DNA from: Vulcanimicrobiota bacterium
GTDB lineage: Bacteria; Vulcanimicrobiota; Vulcanimicrobiia; Vulcanimicrobiales; Vulcanimicrobiaceae
Reading direction: 5' to 3'
Assembly: GCA_963723515.1 (NCBI GenBank)
Contig: CAVRQT010000002.1
Coordinates: 160,001 to 224,000, forward strand
Length of the DNA stretch: 64,000 bases
This document shows, piece by piece, positions 43,027 through 53,353 of the stretch. The translations under genes were made by a program, and so were the position numbers. Position 1 is the stretch's first letter. Each line of letters starts with the position of its first letter. The notes beneath the pieces were generated by a model that saw only the letters and a program-made list of their open reading frames with translations, searched no databases and was not told the origin of the DNA.

Positions 43027-43497
43027 TTGAAGATCATCTACACGCGGGGCAACCGAACCGAGACCCTCGCCTCTCTGGCAACGCTGCGCAAGATTCTGCA
43101 CAGATTCGTGGCGCATCGGGTCTTCTATGAAGTGTCGAGCCGCAACAAACGCGGCCATGAGTTCTTCTCCGCCAAGAACATCTTCGTCTGTGGATCGATC
43201 GAGATCACGAACCGCGATTATCTTACGATCACGGTTTTTGACGCTAACAACCCAACGCATTCGATTGAAATTTTGAACCCTGCAATGATGCGCATCTATG
43301 AAGAAACGCCCGGACAGGGATTCGCTGTCTCGTTCATCAGCGAGAGCGATACGGGAGTTGAATCGCGCTGTTATCTGCGGGATGAAGGCGACGACGGCGA
43401 AAGTGCTACGAAGCGAACCGCGCTCGAGCACATCACGCTACCGCAGCTTTTCGAATACCTCGAGGAAATCACAACCACAGAAACCTCGAAGCGCTAG
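43027..43497 (+). CDS. Hypothetical soluble protein (156 aa)
   Basis: Clean ORF, protein-like composition, no recognised motif. Confidence 0.65.
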   Translation: MKIIYTRGNRTETLASLATLRKILHRFVAHRVFYEVSSRNKRGHEFFSAKNIFVCGSIEITNRDYLTITVFDANNPTHSIEILNPAMMRIYEETPGQGFAVSFISESDTGVESRCYLRDEGDDGESATKRTALEHITLPQLFEYLEEITTTETSKR

Positions 43498-43979
43498 ATC
43501 GTCCAGCGTTTCGCCCGCCCTTCTGAGCGGCGGCCAAGGCGGTCGGCGCGCCGAAATTCTCGCACCGCATCCGCGTGGCGTCCGAGCTTCTTGTAAGCAA
43601 CACCCAAATTGAAATGTGCGACGCGATAGGCATCGTCGCTGCGCACCGCGGCTTCGTATTGCACGACCGCGGCTTCGATTTGACCGCCTTCCAGCAACAG
43701 GTTGCCGACGTTGACGAGCGCCGGCGCAAAGCCGGGACGAAGCTCTAGAGCTGCGCGAAAGTCGCTCAAGGCGTCCGCGTGTCGTTCTTGATGTACGCGC
43801 GCGACCCCGCGCTTGTTGAAGATGCTCGCGCGATGGCTTGCATCTTCAGAAGAAAGCAACGCCGTTAGCTCAGCTTCGGCCTTTGCATAATCTCCCGTCT
43901 CGATCAATCTCGTTGCGCGTGCGAACGGCGAGGGCGGACGAACGCCAAAAAATGCCGCGACTTTGTTCAGGTTGAACAC
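43494..43979 (-). CDS. Tetratricopeptide repeat protein
   Basis: NKRG..A..DF..AL.L.P, N.G, HFNLGVAY TPR patterns. Confidence 0.85.
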   Translation of the reverse strand: MFNLNKVAAFFGVRPPSPFARATRLIETGDYAKAEAELTALLSSEDASHRASIFNKRGVARVHQERHADALSDFRAALELRPGFAPALVNVGNLLLEGGQIEAAVVQYEAAVRSDDAYRVAHFNLGVAYKKLGRHADAVREFRRADRLGRRSEGRAKRWTI

Positions 43980-43986
43980 ACGGGTA

Positions 43987-44667
43987 ATGTTTGCGGTCGA
44001 TATCGTGACGCTCTTTCCGGAGGTCTTCGCGCCGTTTGTCGGGTTATCAATTGTCGGGCGCGCGATCGAACGGCAGCTGATCGATGTGCGCTACCACCAC
44101 ATCCTCGAGGCGCTGGAACCAGGCGAGCGCGCCGACGAGCGCCCGTACGGCGGCGGCCCCGGGATGGTGATGCGAATTGAACCGCTCGCTCGGATTCTAG
44201 ACGGGATTATCGCTGCGGCGCCCGCGGCTCGAACGCCGTGCAATCGTCGTTCCTTCGCCGGCCGGAAAGCGATTCGAACAAGCGGACGTGGCGCGCCTTA
44301 GCCGGCTCGATCGTCTCGTGCATTGTTTGTGGCCACTATGAAGGCATCGATGAGCGCCTCGGCTCCCTCTATCCGATCGAAGAGTTTTCATTGGGAGACT
44401 TCGTCATGACCGGCGGCGAGATTGCCGCCCTCGCGATGCTCGATGCAACCGTCCGGCTCATCGACGGTGCACTGCCTGAGGAATCCGTGCGAGATGAGTC
44501 CTTTGTGGACACCTTGCTCGACCATCCAGCCTACACCCGTCCGCCCACATTCCGCGGCGTAGATGTTCCGGAGGTGTTGCTTTCAGGGCGACCACGCGAA
44601 GATCGCCGAATGGCGACGAGAAGCCTCGCGGGCTCGCACTCGCGCCCGGCGTCCCGATCTGCGATAA
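43987..44667 (+). CDS. trmD: tRNA (guanine37-N1)-methyltransferase (frameshifts)
   Basis: [49 protein letters not shown]. Confidence 0.95.
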
Positions 44668-44776
44668 GCCAAGCGTGCCGGCTTCCAGCACGCTTGCCCC
44701 GCCGCTCGCCGAATGGTATCATCCGAGAGTTGTCCGCCAGCCGGCCAATTTTTTTTACGGATTTAAAGAGCAGAAC

Positions 44777-45127
44777 ATGAACGTCATCGACATCCTAAAC
44801 CGCGAGCAATGTAAGCCCTCGATTCCGGATTTTCGCTCCGGCGATTCGGTAAAGGTGTACTCAAAGGTCACCGAAGGCGGCAAGGAGCGCACCCAGATGT
44901 TCGAAGGCGTCGTGATCGTTCGCAAGGGCGGCGGCACGAACGAGTCGATCAAGGTGCGCCGCGTCGCGCATGGCGTCGGCGTCGAGAAGACGTTCTTGAT
45001 CCACAGCCCTCGCGTTGAGCGAATAGAGGTAACCAAACGCGGCGTTGTGCGGCGCAGCCGGCTCTACTACCTCAGTCAGAAAGTCGGTAAAGCCGCGCGG
45101 ATTCAAGAGAAGAAAGTCCTCCGTTAG
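44777..45127 (+). CDS. rplS: 50S ribosomal protein L19
   Basis: [34 protein letters not shown]. Confidence 0.97.
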   Translation: MNVIDILNREQCKPSIPDFRSGDSVKVYSKVTEGGKERTQMFEGVVIVRKGGGTNESIKVRRVAHGVGVEKTFLIHSPRVERIEVTKRGVVRRSRLYYLSQKVGKAARIQEKKVLR

Positions 45128-45134
45128 TATCGCC

Positions 45135-45868
45135 CTGACACCCCTTCAGCTGCTTGGGCTGATTTGCGTCTTTGCGGTCGCCCGCCTCGCTACTTTCCGT
45201 CCGCCCGCTCACTGTCGCCGCAAAGCAACGCGGCTCGGCCGTCGCCGTTGTGCGCGAGTATTTGGATGCGTTCATCGTCGCGGGACTTGTCGCGCTCTTC
45301 CTGATCACGTTCGTCGTTCGCACGTTCTACATTCCGTCGGCTTCGATGGAGCCGACGCTGCAAGATTCACGATGTCTTGCTCGTCAACGAGTTCGAATAT
45401 CGCTTCGTGCAGCCGAACCATGGCGACATCGTCGTCTTTCCGCCCCCGATCCCATCGCAAAGCGATTTCATTAAGCGCCTGATCGGCACGCCCGGCGATC
45501 GTCTAGCGATTCGCCATGGTATTGTCTACCGGAACGGCGTTGCGCTAAAAGAGCCGTACGAGTCCGAGCGACCCGACTACGATCTGGACGTAAAGAACTA
45601 CTCGATCTACGTCAATGGAACTGCGCTTGATTCGCTCTCGGCAAATATTCCGCCACGCTCTGAGTGGCAGGCGCCGGATAGAATTCCGAACGGCTTCTAC
45701 TTCATGATGGGCGACAATCGCAACAACTCAGACGATTCGCACGAATGGGGTTTTGCGCAGCTGCGCGGCGATTTTGCCGCCGGCCCGAATAAAGGTCATA
45801 AAGCGGGATTTACCGGCCGGGCTTTCTTGTTGTTCTGGCCCCCAAACCGCATTCGAATTCTGCACTAA
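45135..45868 (+). CDS. lepB: Signal peptidase I (frameshifted; apparent CTG start)
   Basis: FYIPSASMEPTL, GDIVVF, FIKRLIG.PGD, MGDNRNNS.DS. Confidence 0.9.
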
Positions 45869-45873
45869 GAATT

Positions 45874-45945
45874 GCGAATTACACTTCGCGTAATTCGCTG
45901 GCGCTGCGTCCGCCGCCCCCGCCCAAACTATCGCGGGCGGGACCC
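45874..45945 (+). repeat. Diverged copy of the multi-hairpin repeat found at 54364-54624
   Basis: 28-nt identity (45914-45941 vs 54445-54472) plus a hairpin with loop ACTTCGC (ACTTTGC in the other copy). Confidence 0.7.
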
Positions 45946-45968
45946 CAAAACCGCTTTAGCCGACACAA

Positions 45969-46511
45969 GTGTATCGACAACAGGACGCGAACAAAGTCGC
46001 GTGCCCCGGCAACTGCAGTGGCGGTCGGTCGCAAGCATCTCGCTGCAAATCGTCGCCCTTGGAGTCCTCGCACTTGCGTTCTTTATGCGTGCGCCGCAGG
46101 TCGCCGGTCTATCGATGGAACCGCACGTCATTTCGGGCGAATACGTGCTGATCAACACGATCGCATATCGTATCGGTCATCCTTCGCCGCGGCGACATCG
46201 TCGCGTTCCGGCATGAACGATCCGCGCCTTCGGTCTATCTCAAGCGTGTGATCGGACTACCGGGCGATCGTGTCTCGATCGTTCGAGGCGCAGTTTTCGT
46301 CAATGGCATTCGTTTGCGAGAAGGGTACGTGCGATTCGCTGACCACCGCAGTTTCAAGAGCGTCGTCGTGCCGCCTACAACGCTCTACGTGCTGGGCGAC
46401 AATCGTGCGAACAGCGATGATTCGCGTTTTTGGGGCTTCGTCGATCAGGATCAAGTTATCGGTAAGGCGATTGCCGGGATCTGGCCGCCAGCCCAACTTG
46501 GCGCGCTATGA
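45969..46511 (+). CDS. lepB: Second signal peptidase I (frameshift near 46190)
   Basis: GLSMEP, KRVIGLPGD, LGDNRANSDDSRFWG. Confidence 0.88.
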
Positions 46512-47320
46512 GCGCGCAGCTCGACCGCCAGATTCAATGGTATCCCGGGCACATGGCCGCCGCGATGCGACGGGTCGATCGGCTCATCGGCCTGATCGAC
46601 ATCATCATCGAGGTTGTCGACGCACGCGTACCGCACAGTGGAATGAGCCCGATGCTCTCCAAGCTCGGCGGACGCCGTCCGCGGCTGATCGTGCTGACCC
46701 GCGAAGACCTTGCGGAGCCGCAAAGCACCGTGAAATGGCTGATGTACTTTGAACGATCGGGACAATCCGCAATTGCCGTCGACACCAAAGAGCGCAAAAG
46801 CGCCAAGCGCATCACGGCGGAACTTCACCGCCTGGCGCTACAAAGGAAAGGCGCACAGCATCGCGCTATCGTCGTCGGCGTGCCCAACTCGGGAAAATCA
46901 ACCGTGATCAACGCGCTGTGCGGGCGAGCCGTCGCGGCAACAGAAAATCGGCCGGGGCGGACGCGGGGCGTTCAGTGGTTTCGCCTCGAACCGTCGCTCG
47001 AGCTCATGGACACGCCTGGTATCCTCGCCCCGAAAATCGAATCGCCACAGTCGCAGTGGATGCTTGCAATAACCGGCGCGATTCCGGCACAACGCTACGA
47101 TCCTGAAGAGGTCGTCGCTCACTTCAGCGCATGGCTGCGCCGGCATCTGCCAAACGCGGAGGATATTCCGGACTTGATTGAGTTTGCGCGCCGGCGCGGA
47201 ATGACGACGCGAAACGGCAGCCTGCATAACGCAGCGCGGTCATACATCAAGGCTTTCAACGACGGCACATTCGGACGCATTTCTTTCGAGCATCCGCCGA
47301 ATGAACGAAAAGCGGCGTAA
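46508..47320 (+). CDS. rbgA: Ribosome biogenesis GTPase RbgA/YlqF
   Basis: IQWYPGHM, DARVP, GVPNSGKST, PGRTR, DTPG. Confidence 0.92.
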   Translation: MSAQLDRQIQWYPGHMAAAMRRVDRLIGLIDIIIEVVDARVPHSGMSPMLSKLGGRRPRLIVLTREDLAEPQSTVKWLMYFERSGQSAIAVDTKERKSAKRITAELHRLALQRKGAQHRAIVVGVPNSGKSTVINALCGRAVAATENRPGRTRGVQWFRLEPSLELMDTPGILAPKIESPQSQWMLAITGAIPAQRYDPEEVVAHFSAWLRRHLPNAEDIPDLIEFARRRGMTTRNGSLHNAARSYIKAFNDGTFGRISFEHPPNERKAA

Positions 47321-48002
47321 GGCTCGCAACGCTTACGAACGCGAGCGGCGGCGACTGCATCGCCTGCACCGCTACGAGAAGCGCGCGCAGGGGCGTGGTT
47401 TCGTTCTGGTCGGGGGAATCGATGAGGTCGGCCGTGGGCCGCTCGCCGGCCCGGTAGTCGCGGCATGCGTCGTCGCCGACGGACCGCTCATGCTCAAAGG
47501 GCTCAACGATTCCAAACAAGTGCGTCGCGAACTGCGGTTGGAGTTGGACGCGATCATCAAGCAGCGTTGCGCGGCTTGGTCCGTCGGGGTCGCGAGCGTC
47601 GAGGAAATCAATCGAATCAACATCTATTGGGCAAGCATCCTGGCCATGGAACGCGCGCTGGCGTCGCTGTGCGTGCCGCCGCACTACTTGCTTACCGACG
47701 CGGTGCGCATCCGATCGTATTCGGCTTGCCCGCAGCAGCCGGTCGTTAAAGGCGATGCCAAGTGCGCCACCGTGGCGGCGGCTTCTATCGTGGCAAAAGT
47801 TCACCGAGACGCTTTGCTCGTCGAGCTCGACAGCATCGAGCCGCGTTATGGATTTGCCGAACACAAGGGCTACGCCACGCCGACGCACATTGCGGCGCTC
47901 AGGGAACACGGACCCAGCGTCCATCATCGCACTGCCTTTTGGCGCGTGCGTGATGCGCAGTTGCAGCTCGATCTCTCGGCAATTGCGATCGACGAAGAAT
48001 AA
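47301..48002 (+). CDS. rnhB: Ribonuclease HII
   Basis: GIDEVGRGPLAGPV, DSK, KGD, AASIVAKV.RD, KGY. Confidence 0.95.
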   Translation: MNEKRRKARNAYERERRRLHRLHRYEKRAQGRGFVLVGGIDEVGRGPLAGPVVAACVVADGPLMLKGLNDSKQVRRELRLELDAIIKQRCAAWSVGVASVEEINRINIYWASILAMERALASLCVPPHYLLTDAVRIRSYSACPQQPVVKGDAKCATVAAASIVAKVHRDALLVELDSIEPRYGFAEHKGYATPTHIAALREHGPSVHHRTAFWRVRDAQLQLDLSAIAIDEE

Positions 48003-48321
48003 AGGAACGTTCGGCGAGGCGCGCGCCGCGGCGTTCTTGCGGAGCTGCGGCTTCTCGATCGTTGCAACGAACGTGCGTCTGCCCGGCGGCGAGATTGACC
48101 TCATCTGCAAGGATGGCGAGCAGATCGTCTTCATTGAGGTCAAATTTCGCACGACAAATGCTTTCGGAAGCGCGATAACGGGCGTCCATCCGCGTAAGCG
48201 CGCAACGCTGCGGCGGTTGGCGGCGGACTATTTGCAATTCTTTGCACCGACTGCGCGCGTTCGCTTTGATATTGTCGCCATCGACGGCGATCGCATCGCG
48301 CTGCACCGCAACGCTTTCTAG
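47983..48321 (+). CDS. yraN: YraN family putative endonuclease
   Basis: G..GE..A..FL, GEIDLI, FIEVK.R, RFDIV, NAF. Confidence 0.9.
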   Translation: MRSTKNKGTFGEARAAAFLRSCGFSIVATNVRLPGGEIDLICKDGEQIVFIEVKFRTTNAFGSAITGVHPRKRATLRRLAADYLQFFAPTARVRFDIVAIDGDRIALHRNAF

Positions 48322-48327
48322 CGCCCT

Positions 48328-49977
48328 TTGGCCATCGAAGCGCGCATAGCCGCAAAATCCACCCCGCAACTGCGACGCGCGGTCAAACCGTGGGGTTCGT
48401 TCGCTTGGGGTTACTCGGATGTCGGTGCCGACATCTTCGTTGGGCTGGGATTGGTGCTCGGCGCGGCGGCCGGCGCCTCAAACATCGCCTTTCTCTTTGC
48501 CGGTCTCGTGTATGTCGCCATCGGCCTCGCCTATACGGAGTTAGCGGCAACCTACCCCGTTGCAGGCGGCGGACAATACTTTGTGCTGCGCGGGCTTGGC
48601 GACATCTTCGGCTTCATCGCCGGTTGGGCGGTACTGCTCGACTTCACGATCGACATCACGCTCTTCGCCTGGAGCTGCGTCGATTATCTCAGCCAGCTGA
48701 TTCCGCAGTTGCTCAGCATTCCGCACCCGGTGACGCATTTTGTCGTTGTCCTGATCTTGATTTGCGGACTTTCGTTGCTCAACGTGATCGGCATCCGTGA
48801 AAGCACCGCGTTCAACGGCATCGTGAGCGGACTGGATGTCGTTAGCGAGACCGCGATCCTCTTCTTCGGCTTCTTCTTTGCATTCAATCCGCAACTGCTG
48901 ATCCACACGATGCAAACCTCCTGGCCGACGACGTTTCAGCTGATGAATGGTGTGTCGCTTGCGATCATCTCTTTCGTCGGACTGGAATCGATCTCGCAAG
49001 CGGCCCAAGAGACGCAGCGGCCGGCCTCAGTCATCCCACGCACCTCGATCAGTTTGATCTTGACGATTCTGATCTTCGCGCTCTCATATTCCAACTTAGC
49101 GCTCGGCATGCAGCCATGGAGCGGACATGGCGCACCGCCGTCGCCGATGATGCACGGCCATCTCGTCCCGTTGTGGGCGTATCTCGGCAACAGTGAAAAC
49201 AACGGAAAGGCCGTTGCGGTGCTGGCGTCCTATGTGCCGTTTTACGGCGCGCTGGCAGCGCTGTACGTACCGCTGCTCGGCTCAATCTTGTTGTTGATTT
49301 CCAGCAATTCGGGCGTCTTCGGCAGTTCGCGAATTGCCTACGCAATGAGCACAACGCGGTTGCTTCCATCGTTTTTCCAGCGGGTGCATGGACGCTTCCG
49401 TACGCCGGCCGTTTCGATCATTGCGTTCACGCTTGTTGCAATCGTCGAATTGATCTTTGCCGCGTTGCCGAGTCTCAACGCCCACGCCGCAGTGATCTAC
49501 CGTAGATTCTTTCACGGCGAGGACGGCATCACGTTCTTAGGCGACCTCTATGCATTCGGCGCGGCAACCAGCTATTCGTTCGTCTTCATCGCCTTGATCG
49601 CGCTGCGCCTCTTCGACCCGTTGAGCCCGCGCAAGTTCAAAATCCCGCTCAATATTCCGCTGCGAGTCCGCGGCGAGCGGGTGGAATTCCCGATTGTCGG
49701 GGTCTTGGGCTTCATTGGAATCGGCTCCATTCTCGTTTTCACGATGATTACGCACGAAATCGGGCGGATTGCGGGACCGGCTTGGTTGATTTGCGGGCTG
49801 ATCGGTTACTTGATCTACCGTCATCGTAAGGGTTTGCCGATTTGGCGCTCTCAGCCGCACAACTGGCGGATCGCGCAGCTCGACATCCTGCGCGCATCAG
49901 GCGAACTTGAACTGATGGACGAATACGTCAGCAACTTGCGAGAAAGCGAACGCCGCCGTGATGAGGAGCGCAGGTGA
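48328..49977 (+). CDS. APC family amino acid/polyamine permease
   Basis: ~12 TMs, YTEL...P.AGG, GLESISQ.A.E, SRIAYAM, F.TP. Confidence 0.88.
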   Translation: MAIEARIAAKSTPQLRRAVKPWGSFAWGYSDVGADIFVGLGLVLGAAAGASNIAFLFAGLVYVAIGLAYTELAATYPVAGGGQYFVLRGLGDIFGFIAGWAVLLDFTIDITLFAWSCVDYLSQLIPQLLSIPHPVTHFVVVLILICGLSLLNVIGIRESTAFNGIVSGLDVVSETAILFFGFFFAFNPQLLIHTMQTSWPTTFQLMNGVSLAIISFVGLESISQAAQETQRPASVIPRTSISLILTILIFALSYSNLALGMQPWSGHGAPPSPMMHGHLVPLWAYLGNSENNGKAVAVLASYVPFYGALAALYVPLLGSILLLISSNSGVFGSSRIAYAMSTTRLLPSFFQRVHGRFRTPAVSIIAFTLVAIVELIFAALPSLNAHAAVIYRRFFHGEDGITFLGDLYAFGAATSYSFVFIALIALRLFDPLSPRKFKIPLNIPLRVRGERVEFPIVGVLGFIGIGSILVFTMITHEIGRIAGPAWLICGLIGYLIYRHRKGLPIWRSQPHNWRIAQLDILRASGELELMDEYVSNLRESERRRDEERR

Positions 49978-50165
49978 ATCAAGCCCGCGTCGGCTTTTCT
50001 CTTATCTACATCGCGCTTGGAATTGCAATCATCGTTCGGCTTCTGCACTACGGGCTGCATCGTGAGCTCTTCGGCGGTATCGTGCTCGGTTTGGTGATGA
50101 TCGCCTTTGGCGTTTACCGCGTTCTCTTCTTCATGAGAGCGCGTAAGATGGGCGTGCGACCGTGA
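49974..50165 (+). CDS. Small two-TM membrane protein
   Basis: GTGA overlaps with both neighbours. Confidence 0.6.
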   Translation: MNQARVGFSLIYIALGIAIIVRLLHYGLHRELFGGIVLGLVMIAFGVYRVLFFMRARKMGVRP

Positions 50166-50782
50166 CAGCACAAATCCATGTAACGGTTGCGGGCATGCTG
50201 AGCGCGTTGCTGATCGCGGCGGCAATTGGCGCGACGCTGTGGTGGATGATGCATCCGGCTCCGTCGTACGTGCAACGATTGGCACAACGCGCGGAACACG
50301 AGCTCGAACACCTGGTCGGCAGTTTGATCATCGTCTTCTCACCGGAGATCGACTCGGCGCATATGATGGCACTGGCGGCGAAGCTCGCGCGCGGCGAAAA
50401 ATCGCATCTTCTGGCGCTCTATGTGATAGAAGTTCCCTTAACGTTGCCGCCCAATGCCGCGATGCCGCATGAGGAGCGCACCGCGATGGACGCGCTTGCA
50501 GCGGCCGAGACGATTGCGAATAAGTACGGCGTCAACTTGCGCACCGAAACCGTTCATACCAGGCAGACCAGTCAAGCTGTGCTTGATATCGCGCGGCAAG
50601 AGCAAGCGCATCTGATCATCTTAGGTTCCTATCGCGAGGGCAAGTACACTGGCGCGCCGCTTGGCCGGACGATCGAGACGATTGCGGCCTACGCGAAGTG
50701 CGACGTTCTGATCGGCGTCGAAGGAAAGCACGGCACGCTGCTGGTGGACGAACAGCAGCCGATGGAAACGGTTCAGCCTTAG
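50162..50782 (+). CDS. Universal stress protein with N-terminal TM helix
   Basis: LYVIEVP..LP, LIILGS, LGRT, CDVL. Confidence 0.85.
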   Translation: MTAQIHVTVAGMLSALLIAAAIGATLWWMMHPAPSYVQRLAQRAEHELEHLVGSLIIVFSPEIDSAHMMALAAKLARGEKSHLLALYVIEVPLTLPPNAAMPHEERTAMDALAAAETIANKYGVNLRTETVHTRQTSQAVLDIARQEQAHLIILGSYREGKYTGAPLGRTIETIAAYAKCDVLIGVEGKHGTLLVDEQQPMETVQP

Positions 50783-50797
50783 GAAAGGCGATGACAC

Positions 50798-51844
50798 TTA
50801 CGTTTTCGCTAAATAGCGTTTGCGCAGCTCGTCGAGCACGACCGCCAGCAGAATAACGGCGCCGAGGACGATCTTCTGCGTGTACGACTCGATGCCGAGT
50901 AAGTTCATCACGTTGTAAAGAACGCCGATCAACAGCGCGCCGAAGAACGTCCCGATGATGCTGCCGCGGCCTCCCATCAGGCTGGTGCCGCCGACGACAA
51001 CCGCCGCAATCGATTCAAGCAGCTCGTCGCCGGTCGCGGTATTCGGCGAGCCTGATGCGAAGTTCGCCATCAGCAAGAAACCTGCGATCGCAGCGCACGT
51101 CCCGCTGATAACGTACACAAGCGCCTTGACGCGCGCAACCGGAACGCCGGCTAACCGCGCGGCTTCCTCATTACCACCGATCGCGAAAACGTATCTGCCG
51201 AACCGCGTACGCGTCAGCAGTACCGACGCAACGATGGCAATTACGAGCATCCAAATGACAACAACCGGGATCTTCGACCCCAAAAACAAGCCGTAACCGA
51301 TATGTGAAAAATCACCGGTTTGCAATGCGACCGGGCGACCGTGACAGAGTTTGTACGAAAGGCCGACCGCCATCAGCATCATCGCGAGCGTCGTAATGAA
51401 CGGCGGCAAATTCAAGCGAACGACGGGGATCGCGTTGATGAATCCGGCGCCTGCGCCGACGGCGATGCCGAAGATCAGCGTGGCAACGATCAGCGCAAAA
51501 CCGTGGAAGGGCAGCGCGTTGGCAAAGAGCGCCATCGCGACGCCGGTCAATGAAACGAGCGATCCGACCGAAAGATCGATTCCCGCGGTAATGATGACGA
51601 AGGTTTGACCGAAGGCCAAGATCGCTTCATACGTGATCTGGCGCAAGACGCGGATCAGGTTGCTCGGTTCCAAGAACGAACCGCCGGCGGCCCAGTTTAC
51701 GAGCACGACGATGATTAACAAGCCGATCGACGCAAGAACGATCCGCAACCAATACATCCGCGTCTGTCGAACGCGCGCGTGTTCGGCGGCTTCGGTGAGG
51801 ACCGTCTTGACTTCGGTCTCACGCTGAGCTTGTCGAAGAGCCAT
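50798..51844 (-). CDS. rbsC: Ribose-type sugar ABC transporter permease
   Basis: GIDLSVGS, PPFITTL, GGNEEAARLAG, IAAVVVGGTSL.GG.G. Confidence 0.85.
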   Translation of the reverse strand: MALRQAQRETEVKTVLTEAAEHARVRQTRMYWLRIVLASIGLLIIVVLVNWAAGGSFLEPSNLIRVLRQITYEAILAFGQTFVIITAGIDLSVGSLVSLTGVAMALFANALPFHGFALIVATLIFGIAVGAGAGFINAIPVVRLNLPPFITTLAMMLMAVGLSYKLCHGRPVALQTGDFSHIGYGLFLGSKIPVVVIWMLVIAIVASVLLTRTRFGRYVFAIGGNEEAARLAGVPVARVKALVYVISGTCAAIAGFLLMANFASGSPNTATGDELLESIAAVVVGGTSLMGGRGSIIGTFFGALLIGVLYNVMNLLGIESYTQKIVLGAVILLAVVLDELRKRYLAKT

Positions 51845-53325
51845 TATGCAGCCACGGTCCCCGTCGCGATCGCGATGATCTTCTCCGGCGTCGCCTCTTT
51901 GCGAGAGAACTCTGCTGCGATCCGGCCTTCACGAATGACAAGGATGCGATGCGACATCCCGAGCACTTCGGGCAGCTCGCTCGAGACCATGAGGATCGTG
52001 GCACCTTCGCGCACGAGCGCGACCATTAAGTGGTAGATCTCCGACTTTGAGCCGACGTCGATGCCGCGCGTTGGTTCATCGAACAAGAAAACGCTCGCAT
52101 TTGCAACGAGCCACTTGGCCAACACGACTTTCTGCTGCGTGCCGCCCGAAAGATTGCGCACGAGTTGTTCGTCGTTCGGCGTGCGGATGCGCAGCTCAGC
52201 GATGTACTTGTTGGCAACTGCTGTCTCTTTGCCGCGATCGATTAACAGCTCGCGGTTGACGAATTGGTCGAGATGCGCCAGCGTGATGTTCTCGCGCACG
52301 GTCATCCCCAATATCAATCCTTGATTCTTTCGATCTTCCGTGATGAACGCGACGCCCGCGCGAATGGCATCGCGCGGCGAATGCGCGGTTAGCCGGTGTC
52401 CGCGGATATCAACCTCGCCGCTTTGCGGCAAATCCGCCGCCGCAATGGCGCGCAACGTCTCGGTCCGGCCGGCGCCGACCAAACCCGCTAAACCTAAGAT
52501 TTCGCCTGCTCGCACATCAAAGCTGATGCCGTTGACGGCCGGACGCCGCACTAAGTCGCGAACCGAGAGCACAACGGGCGCATCAGGTTTAATCGGCGGC
52601 AACTCCGGAAAATGCGCTTCGAGCGTGCGGCCGACCATCGCCCGGATCACCGCTTCCGGCGGAAAGTCGGTCATTTTTCGGGTTTCGATCACGCGCCCGT
52701 CGCGCATGACGGTGATGCGATCCGCGATGCGAGGAAGCTCCTCGAGTCGGTGCGAGATGTAGATGATGCCGACGCCGTTGCTGCGCAACTTTTTGATCAG
52801 CGCAAAAAGGCGCTCGATTTCGTTCTCGGTTAGCGTCGCAGTCGGTTCGTCCATGACGATGATGCGTGCATGTTTGCGCAACGCCTTCGCAATCTCGACC
52901 ATCTGCTGCTGAGCGACGGAGAGCTTGCCGACCTCAACATCGAGCGGGATCGTGATGCCGAGATCAGCCAAGACCGCCGACGCCTCTTCTGTGGCCTTCT
53001 TGCGATCGAGAAAGATGCCGCGCTCCGGCTCATCTCCCAAGGTGATGTTTTCGATCGCATCCAGCGCCGGCACGAGATTGAACTCCTGGTAGATCATTCC
53101 GATGCCAAGGCGCTCCGCATCGCGCGGGTTTGCAATGTGGACCTCGTCGCCGTCGATTGAGATGCTGCCCTGATCGGCCGGCTGCGCTCCGGAGAGCACT
53201 TTCATGAGCGTCGATTTGCCCGCCCCATTTTCGCCCACGAGCGCGAGCACCTCACCAGGATAAAGTTGTAACGTCACGCCCTCGAGCGCGCGAACTCCGG
53301 GAAAGCTCTTGCCGATCTCCCGCAT
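51844..53325 (-). CDS. rbsA: Ribose-type sugar ABC transporter ATP-binding protein
   Basis: GENGAGKSTL, MDEPT, GAGRTE, LSGG.QQK, DEPTRGIDVG. Confidence 0.88.
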   Translation of the reverse strand: MREIGKSFPGVRALEGVTLQLYPGEVLALVGENGAGKSTLMKVLSGAQPADQGSISIDGDEVHIANPRDAERLGIGMIYQEFNLVPALDAIENITLGDEPERGIFLDRKKATEEASAVLADLGITIPLDVEVGKLSVAQQQMVEIAKALRKHARIIVMDEPTATLTENEIERLFALIKKLRSNGVGIIYISHRLEELPRIADRITVMRDGRVIETRKMTDFPPEAVIRAMVGRTLEAHFPELPPIKPDAPVVLSVRDLVRRPAVNGISFDVRAGEILGLAGLVGAGRTETLRAIAAADLPQSGEVDIRGHRLTAHSPRDAIRAGVAFITEDRKNQGLILGMTVRENITLAHLDQFVNRELLIDRGKETAVANKYIAELRIRTPNDEQLVRNLSGGTQQKVVLAKWLVANASVFLFDEPTRGIDVGSKSEIYHLMVALVREGATILMVSSELPEVLGMSHRILVIREGRIAAEFSRKEATPEKIIAIATGTVAA

Positions 53326-53353
53326 CTCGAGAAGCGGGATCGGCGCGCCGCTG

